From positions 12,648,001-12,712,000 of the forward strand of contig OX597838.1 in the NCBI GenBank assembly GCA_951406725.2: 64,000 bases of DNA. Direction: 5' to 3'. The DNA is from Octopus vulgaris (lineage: Eukaryota). The notes beneath the pieces were generated by a model. It did no database searches. It saw nothing but the letters and a program-made list of their open reading frames with translations, and was not told the origin of the DNA. Below, piece by piece: positions 62,405-64,000 of this stretch. The stretch's first letter is position 1. Every line of letters starts with the position of its first letter. The translations under genes were made by a program, and so were the position numbers.

Positions 62405-62800
62405 ATCTTTTATCTTTTACTTGTTTCAGTCATTTGACTGTGGCCATGCTAGAGCACCGCCTTTAATCGAGCAACTCGACCCTGGGACTTACTCTTTGTA
62501 AGCCTAGTACTTATTCTATCGGTCTCTTTTTGTCAAACCGCTAAGTGACAGGGACGTAAACACACCACCATCGGTTGTCAAGCAATGCTAGGGGGACAAA
62601 CACAGACACACAAACACACACACACACACACACACATATATACAACGGGCTTCTTTCAGTTTCCATCTACCAAATCCACTCACAAGGCTTTGGTCGGCCC
62701 GAGGCTATAGTAGAAGACACTTTCCCAAGGTGCCACGCAGTGGGACTGAACCCGGAACCATGTGGTTGGTAAGCAAGCTACTTACCACACAGCCACTCCT
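62405..62800 (-). mobile_element. SINE family A, full length
   Basis: A consensus. Confidence 0.9.
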
Positions 62801-63145
62801 TACGCGTATATTTAATTTTTTTTTTTTTTGAAATCTCGCACATTTATAGAAATTTATATTATAAACAATATAAAAAAAAATTCTTGAAGTCTGTACCTTA
62901 ATGAAATTAATTCTACGCCATACTGTGTCTGTCTACAAGCCAATTATGATTTGTGGCTGGCAAACTTCTTTTCTTGTCCAGTTGTGCCAAATAATATTTA
63001 AATTTCTCTATCTCTCTCTCTCACTCTCTCCTTCCCTACCTCACTCTCAGTAGAAACGGCAACAGCTGCTCAGGTAACTTGCAAGTAGTGTGTGTAAATA
63101 TTTGTATTTATTGTGGCCTTGTGCCTGAGATGAATGTATTCTGTA

Positions 63146-63146
<1 letters not shown>

Positions 63147-63180
<34 letters not shown>

Positions 63181-63320
63181 ACATACAATAATGCAGATTC
63201 AAATGCATACATTCACACACACACATAAATATAATAATACTTGCACTTACAATAATGCACATTCAAATACATATATGTATATATATACACATATATATAT
63301 ATATATACATATATATATAA

Positions 63321-63395
<75 letters not shown>

Positions 63396-63396
63396 C

Positions 63397-63428
<32 letters not shown>

Positions 63429-63526
63429 TTATATATACATATATATAAAATAATATATATACATATATATATAATATATTATATATATTTATATATACAT
63501 ATATATATACATATATATATATATAT

Positions 63527-63600
<74 letters not shown>

Positions 63601-63637
63601 CAACATATATATAATATATATACATACATATATATAT

Positions 63638-63672
<35 letters not shown>

Positions 63673-63787
63673 TATATACATATATATATACAATATATAT
63701 ATATACACATATATATAATAACATATATACATACACATATATATATATATATTACATATATATATAACACATATACATACACACACA

Positions 63788-63819
<32 letters not shown>

Positions 63820-63830
63820 CACACATATAT

Positions 63831-63887
<57 letters not shown>

Positions 63888-63890
63888 CAC

Positions 63891-63987
<97 letters not shown>

Positions 63988-64000
63988 CACACACACACAT
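63147..64000. repeat. Long compound (TA)n/(CA)n microsatellite
   Basis: Direct reading; continues to the window edge. Confidence 0.97.

Overview
Eukaryotic, AT-rich, microsatellite-rich DNA dominated by interspersed repeats. The SINE repertoire matches what I recall of octopus (coleoid cephalopod) genomes; this is an inference, not a database result. Most of the window appears to be long introns of one + strand gene of unknown identity, with a well-supported 406-nt coding exon at 40946-41351 and probable upstream exons at 11813-12028 and/or 12679-12982. Repeats include about 20 young copies of a tRNA-headed SINE (family A), about a dozen of family B, families C and H, and a (GAT)n-tailed element (D). 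There are also two piggyBac-type TTAA MITE families, hAT and Merlin-like MITEs, a deleted Tc1/mariner, CR1/RTE LINE and Helitron fragments, tandem arrays and several hairpins. Nearly all ORFs in the supplied track are SINE or microsatellite artefacts. I see no prokaryote-type system or CRISPR. The most interesting signals are at the RNA and TE level: a near-perfect 50-bp palindrome, inverted SINE pairs around the exon (ADAR/circRNA candidates), antisense SINEs carrying ready-made splice sites, modular SINE parts with a covarying 3' hairpin, reciprocally nested MITEs, and a Penelope-type hammerhead-like motif. Family names A-H are my own labels. Coordinates were read by eye and diverged repeat ends are approximate.
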